Source of the DNA: an uncultured Nitrososphaerota archaeon
GTDB lineage: Archaea > Korarchaeota > Korarchaeia > Korarchaeales > Korarchaeaceae
DNA: 64,000 nucleotides
NCBI GenBank assembly: GCA_964594835.1
Contig: CAZQNA010000001.1
Location: 160,001-224,000, forward strand
Direction: 5' to 3'
In this document: positions 8,495 to 17,173 of the stretch, one piece after another
How positions within the stretch are numbered: position 1 is the stretch's first letter
Layout: each line of letters opens with the position of its first letter
Translations under genes and position numbers: made by a program
Notes under the pieces: model-generated
Seen by the model: the letters and a program-made list of their open reading frames with translations, nothing else
Databases searched by the model: none
What the model was told of the DNA's origin: nothing

Positions 8495-9166
8495 ATGATC
8501 GAGACCCTGCTGGAGCGAGCCGTGGAGGCGATAGTGGGCGCCGTCTCGGCCGGCTCGTACCCGGCCGTGGTGGCGCTCATGGCGCTCGAGAGCGCCCTCA
8601 TGCCGGTGCCCAGCGAGGTCGTCATGCCCTTCGCGGGATTCCTCGTGGCCAGGGGGGAGATGACCTTCTGGGGGGCGGTGTCCGCCGGCGTGATCGGGAA
8701 CCTGCTGGGGTCCTCGGCCGCCTACTGCGCCGGGAGGAGGTGGGGGAGGAGGGCAGTCCAGAGGCTCCCCTGGGTCGACGAGGGGCACCTCCAGCTCGCG
8801 GAGGGGTTCTTCCAGAGGAGGGGCGCCCTGGCCCTGCTCCTCGGCAGGATGGCCCCGGTGATCAGGACCGTGATATCGCTCCCCGCGGGCGCGGCCGGGG
8901 TGAGCCCCGCCACGCTCGTCCTCACCACCCTGGCGGGATCGATACCTTGGAACGCGGCCCTGGTGTGGGCGGGAATAATCCTGGAGGAGAACTGGGGGAT
9001 GGTGAGGACACTCCTGGAGCCCGTCTCGATCGCCCTGGTGGTCGCCGTCATCGCATACGTTCTCCTGAAGGTGAGGTCCCTGACCTCGGGGGGTCAGAGT
9101 CCAAGTCCCAGTAGGACCGCCGCCCAGTACACCCCCGCCGCCAGAGTGACGGCCACTAAGAGCTGA
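8495..9166 (+). CDS. DedA family membrane protein
   Basis: LESALMPVPSEVVMPFAG and GRMAPVIRTVISLPAG motifs. Confidence 0.9.
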   Translation: MIETLLERAVEAIVGAVSAGSYPAVVALMALESALMPVPSEVVMPFAGFLVARGEMTFWGAVSAGVIGNLLGSSAAYCAGRRWGRRAVQRLPWVDEGHLQLAEGFFQRRGALALLLGRMAPVIRTVISLPAGAAGVSPATLVLTTLAGSIPWNAALVWAGIILEENWGMVRTLLEPVSIALVVAVIAYVLLKVRSLTSGGQSPSPSRTAAQYTPAARVTATKS

Positions 9167-11238
9167 TAGACGAGCTGCTTGAGGACCAGGCTGGTGAGCC
9201 TCACTTCCTGCTTTATCACGGCCAGGGTGGCCGCGCACGGCGTGTACGCCATGCTGAGGATTGCGAGGGAGAGGGCCTGAGCGGGCGAGAGGCCCAGGGC
9301 GGCGACGGCCTCCAGCGGATCCGCAACGCCCGTGATAGCGGCCAGGGTGGTCAGGACTGCCTCCCTGGCTATGAACCCCGAGATCAGGGCTAGGACGATC
9401 CTCCAGTCCCCTAGGCCTATCGCCGCCGCGATGGGCTCGAGGGCCCGCCCGAAGAGCGCCCCGAGACTGCGGGTGGAGATTTCCGCCCCGGTCACGAATC
9501 CGGATGGGCTGAGGTGCAGGAGCGCCCAGAACGTGAGGTTGGCGGCGAAGATTATGGTTCCGGCCTTTCTCAGGAAGTGGAGCGAGTTTGTCCTCGCGTA
9601 CCACCAGGCGACCTTGATGCTCGGGGTGTGGTACGGCGGGACCTCCAGGAGCAGGTCCGGCGCGGCGGAGGTCCTGAACAGGAGCCTGTTCATCACGAGG
9701 GCCGTCAGGAGGTAGAGAGCTATCTGCGTGACGTAGAGGGCCACAAGCACGGCTGCCTGCCCGGCCGGGGTCTCAGCGATCGAGGCCGCCAGGGCGACGG
9801 TCACGATGAGCCTGGCCTGGCAGGGTATCATGGGCGCGGCCAGCGCGGTGACCACCCTCTCCCTGTCGTCGTCCATGGCCCTCGTGGCCAGGATGGCCGG
9901 GACGTTGCACCCGAACCCGAGGACCGCCGGAAAAACGGCCCTCCCGCTGACGCCGAACCTCCTGAAGAACCTATCCAGGCTCACGGCAATCCTGGACATG
10001 ATACCGCTGTCCTGGAGGACCCCGAGGAGGAGAAAGACCGTGAATACCAGCGGCAGGAAGCTCAGCACGAGGCCGAGCCCGGAGACGACCCCCTCCGCGA
10101 GGAGCGAGGTTAGCCAGTCCGGGGCCCCGGCCGCCGAGAGGGCGGACCCGAGGGCCTCGGCCAGGGAGTCGAAGGCCCCCCCTATCATGGAGACGAGGCT
10201 GTACTCGGCGACGATCTCGGCCGCGCGGTGCAGGCCCATGTGGTCCAGCAGCATGTCCACGGGGCTCCCGGTGTTGAGCGCGAAGACGGCTACGAAGGCC
10301 GAGAAGAGTACCGCCAGAGAGAAGACGGGTCCGACGATCGGGTGGAGGGCTATCCTGTCGAGTCGCTCCGCCAGCCCGAGGGAGGCGAGCCTCGTGACCT
10401 TGACCTTCCCCTCCAGGATCTTGGAGACCAGGGCGTACCTCGCCTGGACCATCAGCTCCTCGGGTGGCGACCTGAGTTCCCTCTCGGCGCGCTCCCTCAC
10501 CCGCAGCGCCCGGTCTAGGAGCTCGGGGTCTGCCTTGGAGAGGGCCTCGAGGACCCCCTCGTCCCCCTCCAGCAGCTTGACGGCCACCCACCTGGTGGGG
10601 TAGCCCGACAGCGCCAGACACCCGCGGACGAGCCTCTCCACCTCGGCCAGGTACGGCTCGAGCGGGCCGTAGTCCACCCTGAGGGGCTTCCTCACCGTCC
10701 TGCCCTCCGCCACGTCGAGCACCCTGTCGAGGAGGACGCCAAGTCCGATCCCCTTCAGCGCCGAGATCCCCACTACCGGCACGCCCAGCTCTCCCTCCAG
10801 CCCGTCCAGGTCCACGTGTATTGCCCTCTTCTGGGCAACGTCCATCATGTTGACGGCCAGAACCACCCTGCCGGTGAGTTCGAGCACCAAGACCGCCATG
10901 TAGAGGGTCCTCTCCAGGGCCGTGGCGTCGGCCAGCACCACCACGACGTCCGGGCTGTGCCTGACGATGAACTCCCCGGTGATCGCCTCAGCCACTTGCT
11001 TCGCCCCGGCGGAGAGGCCGTAGGTCCCCGGGAGATCTACGACCTTGAGCCGAAGTCCGTGGTGTCTCACGTATCCCTGATTGACCGCCACCGTCACGCC
11101 CGGCCAGTTTGCCACGTGCGCCGTCTCCCCGGTCAGGGAGTTGAAGAGGGTGCTCTTTCCCACGTTCGGATTCGCCACGAGGGCGACCACGATCTCTCCT
11201 CTGCCCTCAGACCCACCTTCGATCGAGCTGGATCCCAA
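9094..11238 (-). CDS. feoB: Ferrous iron transporter FeoB
   Basis: NPNVGKSTLFN, NWPGVTV and DLPGTY GTPase motifs plus a TM domain with GFGCNVP and YTPC. Confidence 0.95.
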   Translation of the reverse strand: MGSSSIEGGSEGRGEIVVALVANPNVGKSTLFNSLTGETAHVANWPGVTVAVNQGYVRHHGLRLKVVDLPGTYGLSAGAKQVAEAITGEFIVRHSPDVVVVLADATALERTLYMAVLVLELTGRVVLAVNMMDVAQKRAIHVDLDGLEGELGVPVVGISALKGIGLGVLLDRVLDVAEGRTVRKPLRVDYGPLEPYLAEVERLVRGCLALSGYPTRWVAVKLLEGDEGVLEALSKADPELLDRALRVRERAERELRSPPEELMVQARYALVSKILEGKVKVTRLASLGLAERLDRIALHPIVGPVFSLAVLFSAFVAVFALNTGSPVDMLLDHMGLHRAAEIVAEYSLVSMIGGAFDSLAEALGSALSAAGAPDWLTSLLAEGVVSGLGLVLSFLPLVFTVFLLLGVLQDSGIMSRIAVSLDRFFRRFGVSGRAVFPAVLGFGCNVPAILATRAMDDDRERVVTALAAPMIPCQARLIVTVALAASIAETPAGQAAVLVALYVTQIALYLLTALVMNRLLFRTSAAPDLLLEVPPYHTPSIKVAWWYARTNSLHFLRKAGTIIFAANLTFWALLHLSPSGFVTGAEISTRSLGALFGRALEPIAAAIGLGDWRIVLALISGFIAREAVLTTLAAITGVADPLEAVAALGLSPAQALSLAILSMAYTPCAATLAVIKQEVRLTSLVLKQLVYQLLVAVTLAAGVYWAAVLLGLGL

Positions 11239-11249
11239 GCGGAGCCCCC

Positions 11250-11471
11250 CTAGGCGGGCTGGACGAAGACCTTGGAGGCTATTCCCCGGCCGAGGGAGAG
11301 GGTGACCCCCCGAACGGAGACCAGGAGGGGGCCCGCGGAGTTGAAGAGGACCGTGACCTCGCTGCCGGGCAGGAGGCCCATCTCCATGAGGCGCCTCGTC
11401 AGCCCCCTGCCCGCCCTTATCTCCCTGACTATGCCCCGGGCGCCCGGAGGCAGGCTGGATAGGGGGATCAT
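11250..11471 (-). CDS. feoA: FeoA family protein
   Basis: RRLMEMGLLPGSEV...LSLGRGIA. ATG 11471 chosen; TTG 11570 is a possible leaderless alternative. Confidence 0.9.
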   Translation of the reverse strand: MIPLSSLPPGARGIVREIRAGRGLTRRLMEMGLLPGSEVTVLFNSAGPLLVSVRGVTLSLGRGIASKVFVQPA

Positions 11472-11578
11472 CGGCCGCGTCGACAAGCCCTCCACCTCTC
11501 TGAGAGTTTCGGCGGGATACTCGACGGCCTCGAGATAACCCTTGCCCCGGAGCCCCCTCCCCACCCTCAACTCACCGT

Positions 11579-11605
11579 TTTAGGTCAGCCTAAATTGTAT
11601 TTATA
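11579..11605 (-). promoter_or_regulatory. DtxR/IdeR-type operator TTTAGG-N4-CCTAAA plus TATA box of feoAB
   Basis: Perfect 6-bp inverted repeat at 11579-11594 and TATAAATA on the minus strand at 11605-11598. It resembles DtxR-family TTAGG...CCTAA boxes. Confidence 0.75.
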
Positions 11606-12096
11606 CTTGCCCCTGGGGCGCCGGGCGGGTCCTGCCCCCGCCTCTCCTCGCACTCCTCCGGGCACTCTCCGGTCTCCACAAACACCTGAAAGTGCTTCAG
11701 GAAGTTGGGCTGATCTCTGGGGCACCTCGATATGAACTCCAGGAAGAGCAGTATCCTCTCGAGAGTCTCAGCGTGTATTCCGTGCTCGAGGTAGCAGGCG
11801 TCCCTCTCAGCCACCTCCTCACTGATCCCGAGGACCTCGACGAAGAACCTCTTGAGGATCCTGTGGCGGTGGGCGATCTCCCTGGCCATCCTGAGCCCGG
11901 TCTCCGTGAGCGAGATCTCCTCCCTCTTCCTGTACTCCACCAGCCCCTTCTCGGCGAGCCTCTCAAGCGCGTCGACCACGCTGGCGGGTCTGACTCCGAG
12001 CTCCCTCGCGAGGTCGCACACCCTGATGGCCCCCTTCCTCTCGACGAGGAAGAGCATCGCCTCCAGGTACTCCTGATCCCTGACCGTCAGATCCAT
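11590..12096 (-). CDS. DtxR/MntR/IdeR metal-dependent repressor
   Basis: EYLEAM...DLARELGVRPASV HTH and RHRILKRFF...DACYLEH metal site. Confidence 0.92.
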   Translation of the reverse strand: MDLTVRDQEYLEAMLFLVERKGAIRVCDLARELGVRPASVVDALERLAEKGLVEYRKREEISLTETGLRMAREIAHRHRILKRFFVEVLGISEEVAERDACYLEHGIHAETLERILLFLEFISRCPRDQPNFLKHFQVFVETGECPEECEERRGQDPPGAPGASINTI

Positions 12097-12197
12097 CTGG
12101 GCCGACGACCCCGGCCGTTGGTTGGATAAGGTCTTTTTCCGTTGACGGCCGAGGTCCGATCTTTTAATAGGGCCACCGGGCCCGGGGCCGCGGCTGA

Positions 12198-12866
12198 GTG
12201 AGCGAGATGGACGCCTCAGACCCCGCCCTTCTGGCCTCCAGGGCCACGGCCTACTCGGTCATATCCCTGGCGCTCCAGTACCCGGAGGAGGAGGTCGCGG
12301 AACTCCTGCTCGGGGGATGGGCCAGGGAGGCGCTGTCGAGCTGCCTACCCGGGCTGAGAGAGCTGGGATACGGCTCGGTCGAGGAGTTCGGGAGGCTGGT
12401 TGAAGCCCTCTCCTCCGACTGGGACGCCTCGGACCTGCGGAGGGAGTACACCAGGCTGTTCATCTCCTCCCACCCGAAGCTCCCCTGCCCCCCGTACGAG
12501 TCAGTTTACGTGTCAGGGGAGAGGGAGGTCATGTCTGATCAGGTCTCGGAGGTCCTCGGGATCCTTCGCGGGTGGGGACTCGGGCTCTCGGACAGCTTCA
12601 GGGATCTCCCGGAGCACATAGCCGTCGAGCTCGAGCTGGCGGCCTACCTCCTGGAGCAGATGAAGCTGGCCATACAGGAGGGAGACCCGGATGAGGCCGA
12701 GAGGGCGGAGAGAGACCTCCAAAGGCTGGTCTCCCACCTGACCAGGTGGGTGCCCGAGTTCGCGGACTGCGTCAGGACCGAGTCCAGGGTGGAGTTCTAC
12801 AGGGTGGTCGTATCCTCTATGGAGGCATTTGTTAGGGACGAGTCGGCCTCCCTCGGGGTGGAGTGA
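12198..12866 (+). CDS. TorD/DmsD-family molybdoenzyme chaperone
   Basis: YTRLF, PPYESVY and PEHIAVELE motifs. Confidence 0.9.
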   Translation: MSEMDASDPALLASRATAYSVISLALQYPEEEVAELLLGGWAREALSSCLPGLRELGYGSVEEFGRLVEALSSDWDASDLRREYTRLFISSHPKLPCPPYESVYVSGEREVMSDQVSEVLGILRGWGLGLSDSFRDLPEHIAVELELAAYLLEQMKLAIQEGDPDEAERAERDLQRLVSHLTRWVPEFADCVRTESRVEFYRVVVSSMEAFVRDESASLGVE

Positions 12867-12957
12867 GCACGGAGAGGAGCGAGGCCGACGAACTGGTGGG
12901 TAGAATTGGGGAGAAGAGAAGAAAGAGGGGGAGAAAAGAGAGGGGAGGGGGAGGGGT

Positions 12958-13896
12958 TCACGGCATGAACTGGGTCATGACCCCAGCCTCGAGTATCGTC
13001 CTCCTGAGTAGGAGCCCTCCGACTATGATCAGGATGGCCCCCAAGAGCGGGAGTATGCAGCTCTTCACGACGCTCTGGTCTCTCCCCGCGATGAGGTCCG
13101 CCTTCCTGACGTGATACAGCATGGAGAGCAGGGCGGCTCCCAAGAGCACGAAGTCTAGGTAGGCCACGAAGGACCTCCTGAGTTCTCCGAAGAGCATCAT
13201 CGCCACGGCGGCAGAGGCCTCCGCTGGCCCGTACATGTTGACGTAGTAGTACAGCGCCAGGATGAACATCTCCGCGCCCACGACTATGGCCGCCCACTTG
13301 GAGAGCGTGGTGCAGTAGCTGACGAACCTGGTCCTCTCCTCAACCGGCCTCCTGAGTCCCTGGAACGCGTTGATTATGCCCATGGCCGCTATCCCGGTGG
13401 CGAGCCCGCTCGCGACGAACAGCGCCGGCAGCGCGGGGGAGTGCCAGAAGGGCACGGCCTTGAGCACGCCGAGGAGTATTCCCGTGTAGGTCGTCACCAG
13501 GAGCCCGAAGGCGGAGGCGATCAGCCCCAGGATGTCCATCGCCCTCTCGCTCTTGGACCACGGGACCCACTGGAACCAGGGGAGCAGGCCTGCGGCGTAT
13601 AGGGCGCCGAAGAGGATGAACCCGCTGAGGATCATGGTCCCCCTGAAGACCCAAGAGGACGTCTGGAACTTGATCACCGCCAGGTAGAACTTCTCCGGCT
13701 TCTCTAGATCTAAGATCAGGAACAGGGCGCCCAGAATCACCATGACCAGCGAGGCGACCGCCCCGGGTGCCGCGAGGGACTTCTCCCTCCTGCTGGCGTA
13801 GAAGTAGTGGGCCACTATCATGATGGCTCCGCCCATACCTCCCAGGAACAGGTAGAGGGCTATCAGCCAGCCCCAAACGTGCTGGACCAGAGGCAT
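12958..13896 (-). CDS. NrfD/PsrC-type membrane anchor
   Basis: WGWLIALYLFLGG, LILDL..P and YTGILL...PFW motifs, about 8 TM helices. Confidence 0.9.
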   Translation of the reverse strand: MPLVQHVWGWLIALYLFLGGMGGAIMIVAHYFYASRREKSLAAPGAVASLVMVILGALFLILDLEKPEKFYLAVIKFQTSSWVFRGTMILSGFILFGALYAAGLLPWFQWVPWSKSERAMDILGLIASAFGLLVTTYTGILLGVLKAVPFWHSPALPALFVASGLATGIAAMGIINAFQGLRRPVEERTRFVSYCTTLSKWAAIVVGAEMFILALYYYVNMYGPAEASAAVAMMLFGELRRSFVAYLDFVLLGAALLSMLYHVRKADLIAGRDQSVVKSCILPLLGAILIIVGGLLLRRTILEAGVMTQFMP

Positions 13897-13917
13897 ACAA
13901 CATCACCTCACATCACA

Positions 13918-14481
13918 CTACAGGGACTTCACCTTGGGTATGTAGAGCACCTTGGGCTTGGTCCCGAGCTCTGGCCTCAGAGGCTTGGCGAGCCCGCTGG
14001 CCGCGATCCTCCCGGCCTCGCTGTTGGGGTCGTCGAGGTCTCCGAATATCCTGACCCTGCCGGGGCAGGTGGCGTCGCAGGCGGGGACGTCTCCCTTGAG
14101 CACCCTGTTGGTGTAGCAGAAGGTGCACTTGTCGACGGAGCGTATCCTCTCGTCCACGTACCTGGCGTCGTAGGGGCACGCGACGACGCAGTACTTGCAC
14201 CCTATGCACAGGTCGTGCTCCACTAGGACCACGCCGTCGGCGGTGACGTGACTGGCCCCAGTCGGGCAGACCGACACGCAGGGCGGGTTCTCGCAGTGCA
14301 TGCAGAGCCTGGGCATGTAGACGACGGTGACGTTGGGGAAGCTCCCGAAGGTGAACCTCGGCACGTGCGTCCTGCGCTTGCCCTCCTCCCACGGGGTCTC
14401 GTTCTCCATGTCGCACGCGGCTATGCAGGCTCCGCAGCCTATGCAGCTGCGGAGGTCTATAATCATCCCGTACCTCGCCAT
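13918..14481 (-). CDS. 4Fe-4S electron-transfer subunit (PsrB/DmsB-like)
   Basis: CIGCGACIAAC, CMHCENPPCVSVCP, CIGCKYCVVACP and KCTFC motifs. Confidence 0.93.
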   Translation of the reverse strand: MARYGMIIDLRSCIGCGACIAACDMENETPWEEGKRRTHVPRFTFGSFPNVTVVYMPRLCMHCENPPCVSVCPTGASHVTADGVVLVEHDLCIGCKYCVVACPYDARYVDERIRSVDKCTFCYTNRVLKGDVPACDATCPGRVRIFGDLDDPNSEAGRIAASGLAKPLRPELGTKPKVLYIPKVKSL

Positions 14482-14491
14482 ATCCACCACC

Positions 14492-17011
14492 TCACGCCCT
14501 CTCCACCTTAACAAGGACCTCCTGAGTCATTGCGTTGGGCAGCAGCGTGAACAGGTCCTCGTGCATCGGCCACAGCTTGTTCAGGGGAACTCCACCGATC
14601 CTCTTTGCCACCTCGAGCCTGTCGCTCTCCGCGCCCCAGGCGGACACCGTGAACACCGTGTCCGGCCTGACGCCGTCGGTGACGAAGGCCCTGGCCACCA
14701 CAGACTCGCCGGTGGCGAGGCTTGTGATCCTCACAGTGCCTCCGTCTCTTATGCCGAGTTCCGCGGCCTTGGCCGAGTTTATCCAGACGCCGAAGTGCTC
14801 CGGCCTGCCTATGCTTGCGAGGAGGTCGTTGTCGGCCGTGTGGGTGTGGCTGTTCACGGGGCTCCTTCCGTAGGTGAGGTAGAACACGTTTCCGCCGACG
14901 CCGTCCAGGACCCTCGGCGGTATCCAGACGGGGATCGGGTCCCAGTGCTCGTTGTATCCCTTCTTCCCCATGATGCCGGCCATCTTCAGGCTGTAGATCT
15001 CCACCTTCCCGCTCGGGGTTCCGAGGGGCTTCTTGTAGGGCATCGTCCCGACGAGCTGATCCCTGGTCTTGAGGACCAGGCTGCCCTTCGCCACGAGGTC
15101 GTCGTAGCTGACGCCCTTGGCCTCCACCTGAACCCTCCTTATTCCGGCAATGCCCTCGGACTCGTACGCGGACTTGAGGGCCGCCCCGTCGACGCCCAGC
15201 ATGGCCCCAAGGTTCTGGAAGTAGGCGTCCCTCTTGCCCAGCCTGTCCGCCAGCTGCACGAGGATGTCGATCATTGGCCTGCAGTCGTAGATCGGGTCGA
15301 TGGCCCTGACGCTGGTGGCCACGGCGGCGTCCGGCGAGAACCCGACGCCGAACATGGGGTCGTCCCTCTCGGGATACATGGTGTCCGGCAGGATGATGTC
15401 CGCGTAGGAGACCGTGTCGTTGGGCATGACGTCTATGGCTATGACGTCCTCCAGCTTCTTGAACGCCTCCTTCCACTTCCTGTCCTCTGGGAGGGTCCTT
15501 ATCCAGTTGCCCCCGGTCAGCACGGCGGCCTTGATCGGGTAGGGGTCGCCGTTGACTATGGCGTCGTAGTAGGCCAGGATCATCGGCTGGGCCGTGGACA
15601 CAATGATCCCCTTCTTCTTCATCCACTGGACGTCTGCCCTGGCGTCCGGCAGGGCGGATGACTTCAGGCTCCTGCCCGCGGCGTTGAATATCAGGCCTCC
15701 GGGCTTGTCGATGTTGCCCACGAGGGCGTTGAGTATGGCGACCATCCTCCAGGTCTGCACCGAGTTCTGGTACTTGGGGTCGTGCCAGCCTGGGTCTATC
15801 ACGGCGGGCTTTATCGTCCCGAACTCCCTGGCCACCTGCACGATGGTCTCGGTGGGCACGTCGCAGATCTGCGAGGCCCACTCCGGCGTGTACTGCTCCA
15901 GCCTCTCCGCGAGGGCCTGGAAGGCCGTCTTCACCCTCACGGTCTCCCCGTCGATCTCCGCGTCGTACTCTCCGAGGAGCGCGGGCCTAACGGCGTCATC
16001 GTGAGGCTTCGCCTCTCCGGTCGCCTCGTCGTACACGAGGTACTTCCTCTTGCCGGTGTCGGGGTCGTCCCACGCCTTGGCGGGGGCGTTAGTGTCGGCC
16101 TTGAGGAGCATGGGGGCGTTGGTGTACCTCCTCAGGAACTCCTCGTCGTAGAGGCCCTCCCTCACGATCACGTGGCCCATGGCTAGGAGGAAGGCCAGGT
16201 CGGTTCCGGGCTTGATGGGAACCCACAGGTCGGCCAGCGCCGCGCTCTCGCTCATCCTGGGGTCAAGCACCACGATCTTGGCGCCCCGCTTCTTGGCCCT
16301 GGCGAACTGCCAGGCGTACGGCACGCCTATGCTGCCCGCCAGGTTCCTCCTGAGGACCACGATGTAGTTGGCGTACTCGTGGTCGGCCCTGATGTGCGGG
16401 TGCCCTCCGGCCCCTATCGTTACTGTCCAGGCGAATGCCTTCGGGAAGAAGCACATGGGCGGGGGGCTGCCGACGAAGTTGGGCGTCCCGATGGCCTTGG
16501 CGAACGCCACCACGTACGGCTTGTAGACACCGCAGGGGAGCCAGCCTCCCCCGATCATGATGGACTTCGCCTCCCCGGCGTCGATGTACTTCTTCAGCAC
16601 ACCGGCGGCCTCGTCCAGCGCAGTGTCCCAGTCGGCGGCCTCGAAGCCATCCCACGTTCCCCTGAGGGACTTGTCCCTCCTGATGAGGGGTCTCTTCAGC
16701 CTGTCTGGGTTGTAGACCCTCCTGACGCCGGACTGTCCCCTGGCGCACAGGTTCCCGGCGCTGGCCGGGTTGTTGGGGTTGGGGTCGATCTTGCAGAGCT
16801 TCCCGTCCCTCACTCGGAAGAAGGTTCCGCAGCTGTTGACGCACATCCTGCAGAGCCCTGGGACTGAGTACTCCTGAGGCTCAAGCGCCTTGGCCTCTGC
16901 CCTCTTTAGAGTCCTTATCACCACATCTTCCGGTCCAGAGAGCGTGGCCAGCGCACCCGTGACGGCCGCAACCTTCAGGAAGTCCCTTCTCGCGATCTTC
17001 ACTGAGGCCAT
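14492..17011 (-). CDS. Tat-exported molybdopterin oxidoreductase catalytic subunit (polysulfide/thiosulfate/sulfur reductase family)
   Basis: ARRDFLK Tat motif, CRMCVNSC...LCARG FeS0 cluster, DRLKRPL and PGTDLA motifs, and a candidate Cys ligand in PMCF. Substrate not determinable by eye. Confidence 0.88.
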   Translation of the reverse strand: MASVKIARRDFLKVAAVTGALATLSGPEDVVIRTLKRAEAKALEPQEYSVPGLCRMCVNSCGTFFRVRDGKLCKIDPNPNNPASAGNLCARGQSGVRRVYNPDRLKRPLIRRDKSLRGTWDGFEAADWDTALDEAAGVLKKYIDAGEAKSIMIGGGWLPCGVYKPYVVAFAKAIGTPNFVGSPPPMCFFPKAFAWTVTIGAGGHPHIRADHEYANYIVVLRRNLAGSIGVPYAWQFARAKKRGAKIVVLDPRMSESAALADLWVPIKPGTDLAFLLAMGHVIVREGLYDEEFLRRYTNAPMLLKADTNAPAKAWDDPDTGKRKYLVYDEATGEAKPHDDAVRPALLGEYDAEIDGETVRVKTAFQALAERLEQYTPEWASQICDVPTETIVQVAREFGTIKPAVIDPGWHDPKYQNSVQTWRMVAILNALVGNIDKPGGLIFNAAGRSLKSSALPDARADVQWMKKKGIIVSTAQPMILAYYDAIVNGDPYPIKAAVLTGGNWIRTLPEDRKWKEAFKKLEDVIAIDVMPNDTVSYADIILPDTMYPERDDPMFGVGFSPDAAVATSVRAIDPIYDCRPMIDILVQLADRLGKRDAYFQNLGAMLGVDGAALKSAYESEGIAGIRRVQVEAKGVSYDDLVAKGSLVLKTRDQLVGTMPYKKPLGTPSGKVEIYSLKMAGIMGKKGYNEHWDPIPVWIPPRVLDGVGGNVFYLTYGRSPVNSHTHTADNDLLASIGRPEHFGVWINSAKAAELGIRDGGTVRITSLATGESVVARAFVTDGVRPDTVFTVSAWGAESDRLEVAKRIGGVPLNKLWPMHEDLFTLLPNAMTQEVLVKVERA

Positions 17012-17039
17012 GGCCACACCTGAACCTCTGCCTCTATAG

Positions 17040-17103
17040 CCATTGATATAAATTTGAAGGATATTACAGATGTTAAATATAACATGCGTTGTGTTCTACA
17101 ACG
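17040..17103. promoter_or_regulatory. AT-rich divergent promoter with two adjacent inverted repeats
   Basis: TTTATAT on the minus strand at about 17053-17047, ATGTTA-N4-TAACAT at 17070-17085 and CGTTGT-N5-ACAACG at 17087-17103. Confidence 0.6.
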
Positions 17104-17173
17104 ATATTCTCATAGTGGAATAACCATGGTGTCGACCGCGGGCTTTTTCTACACCCCGGCCGAGAGAGGCCGG

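Noticed and set aside
7835-9604. 589-aa minus-strand ORF and similar long shadow ORFs (975..1775, 14327..15661, 14508..15881, 30432..31730, 31817..33523, 40134..41468)
   Set aside because: They are antisense or off-frame to well-supported genes and have no motifs. They are expected artefacts of high GC3.
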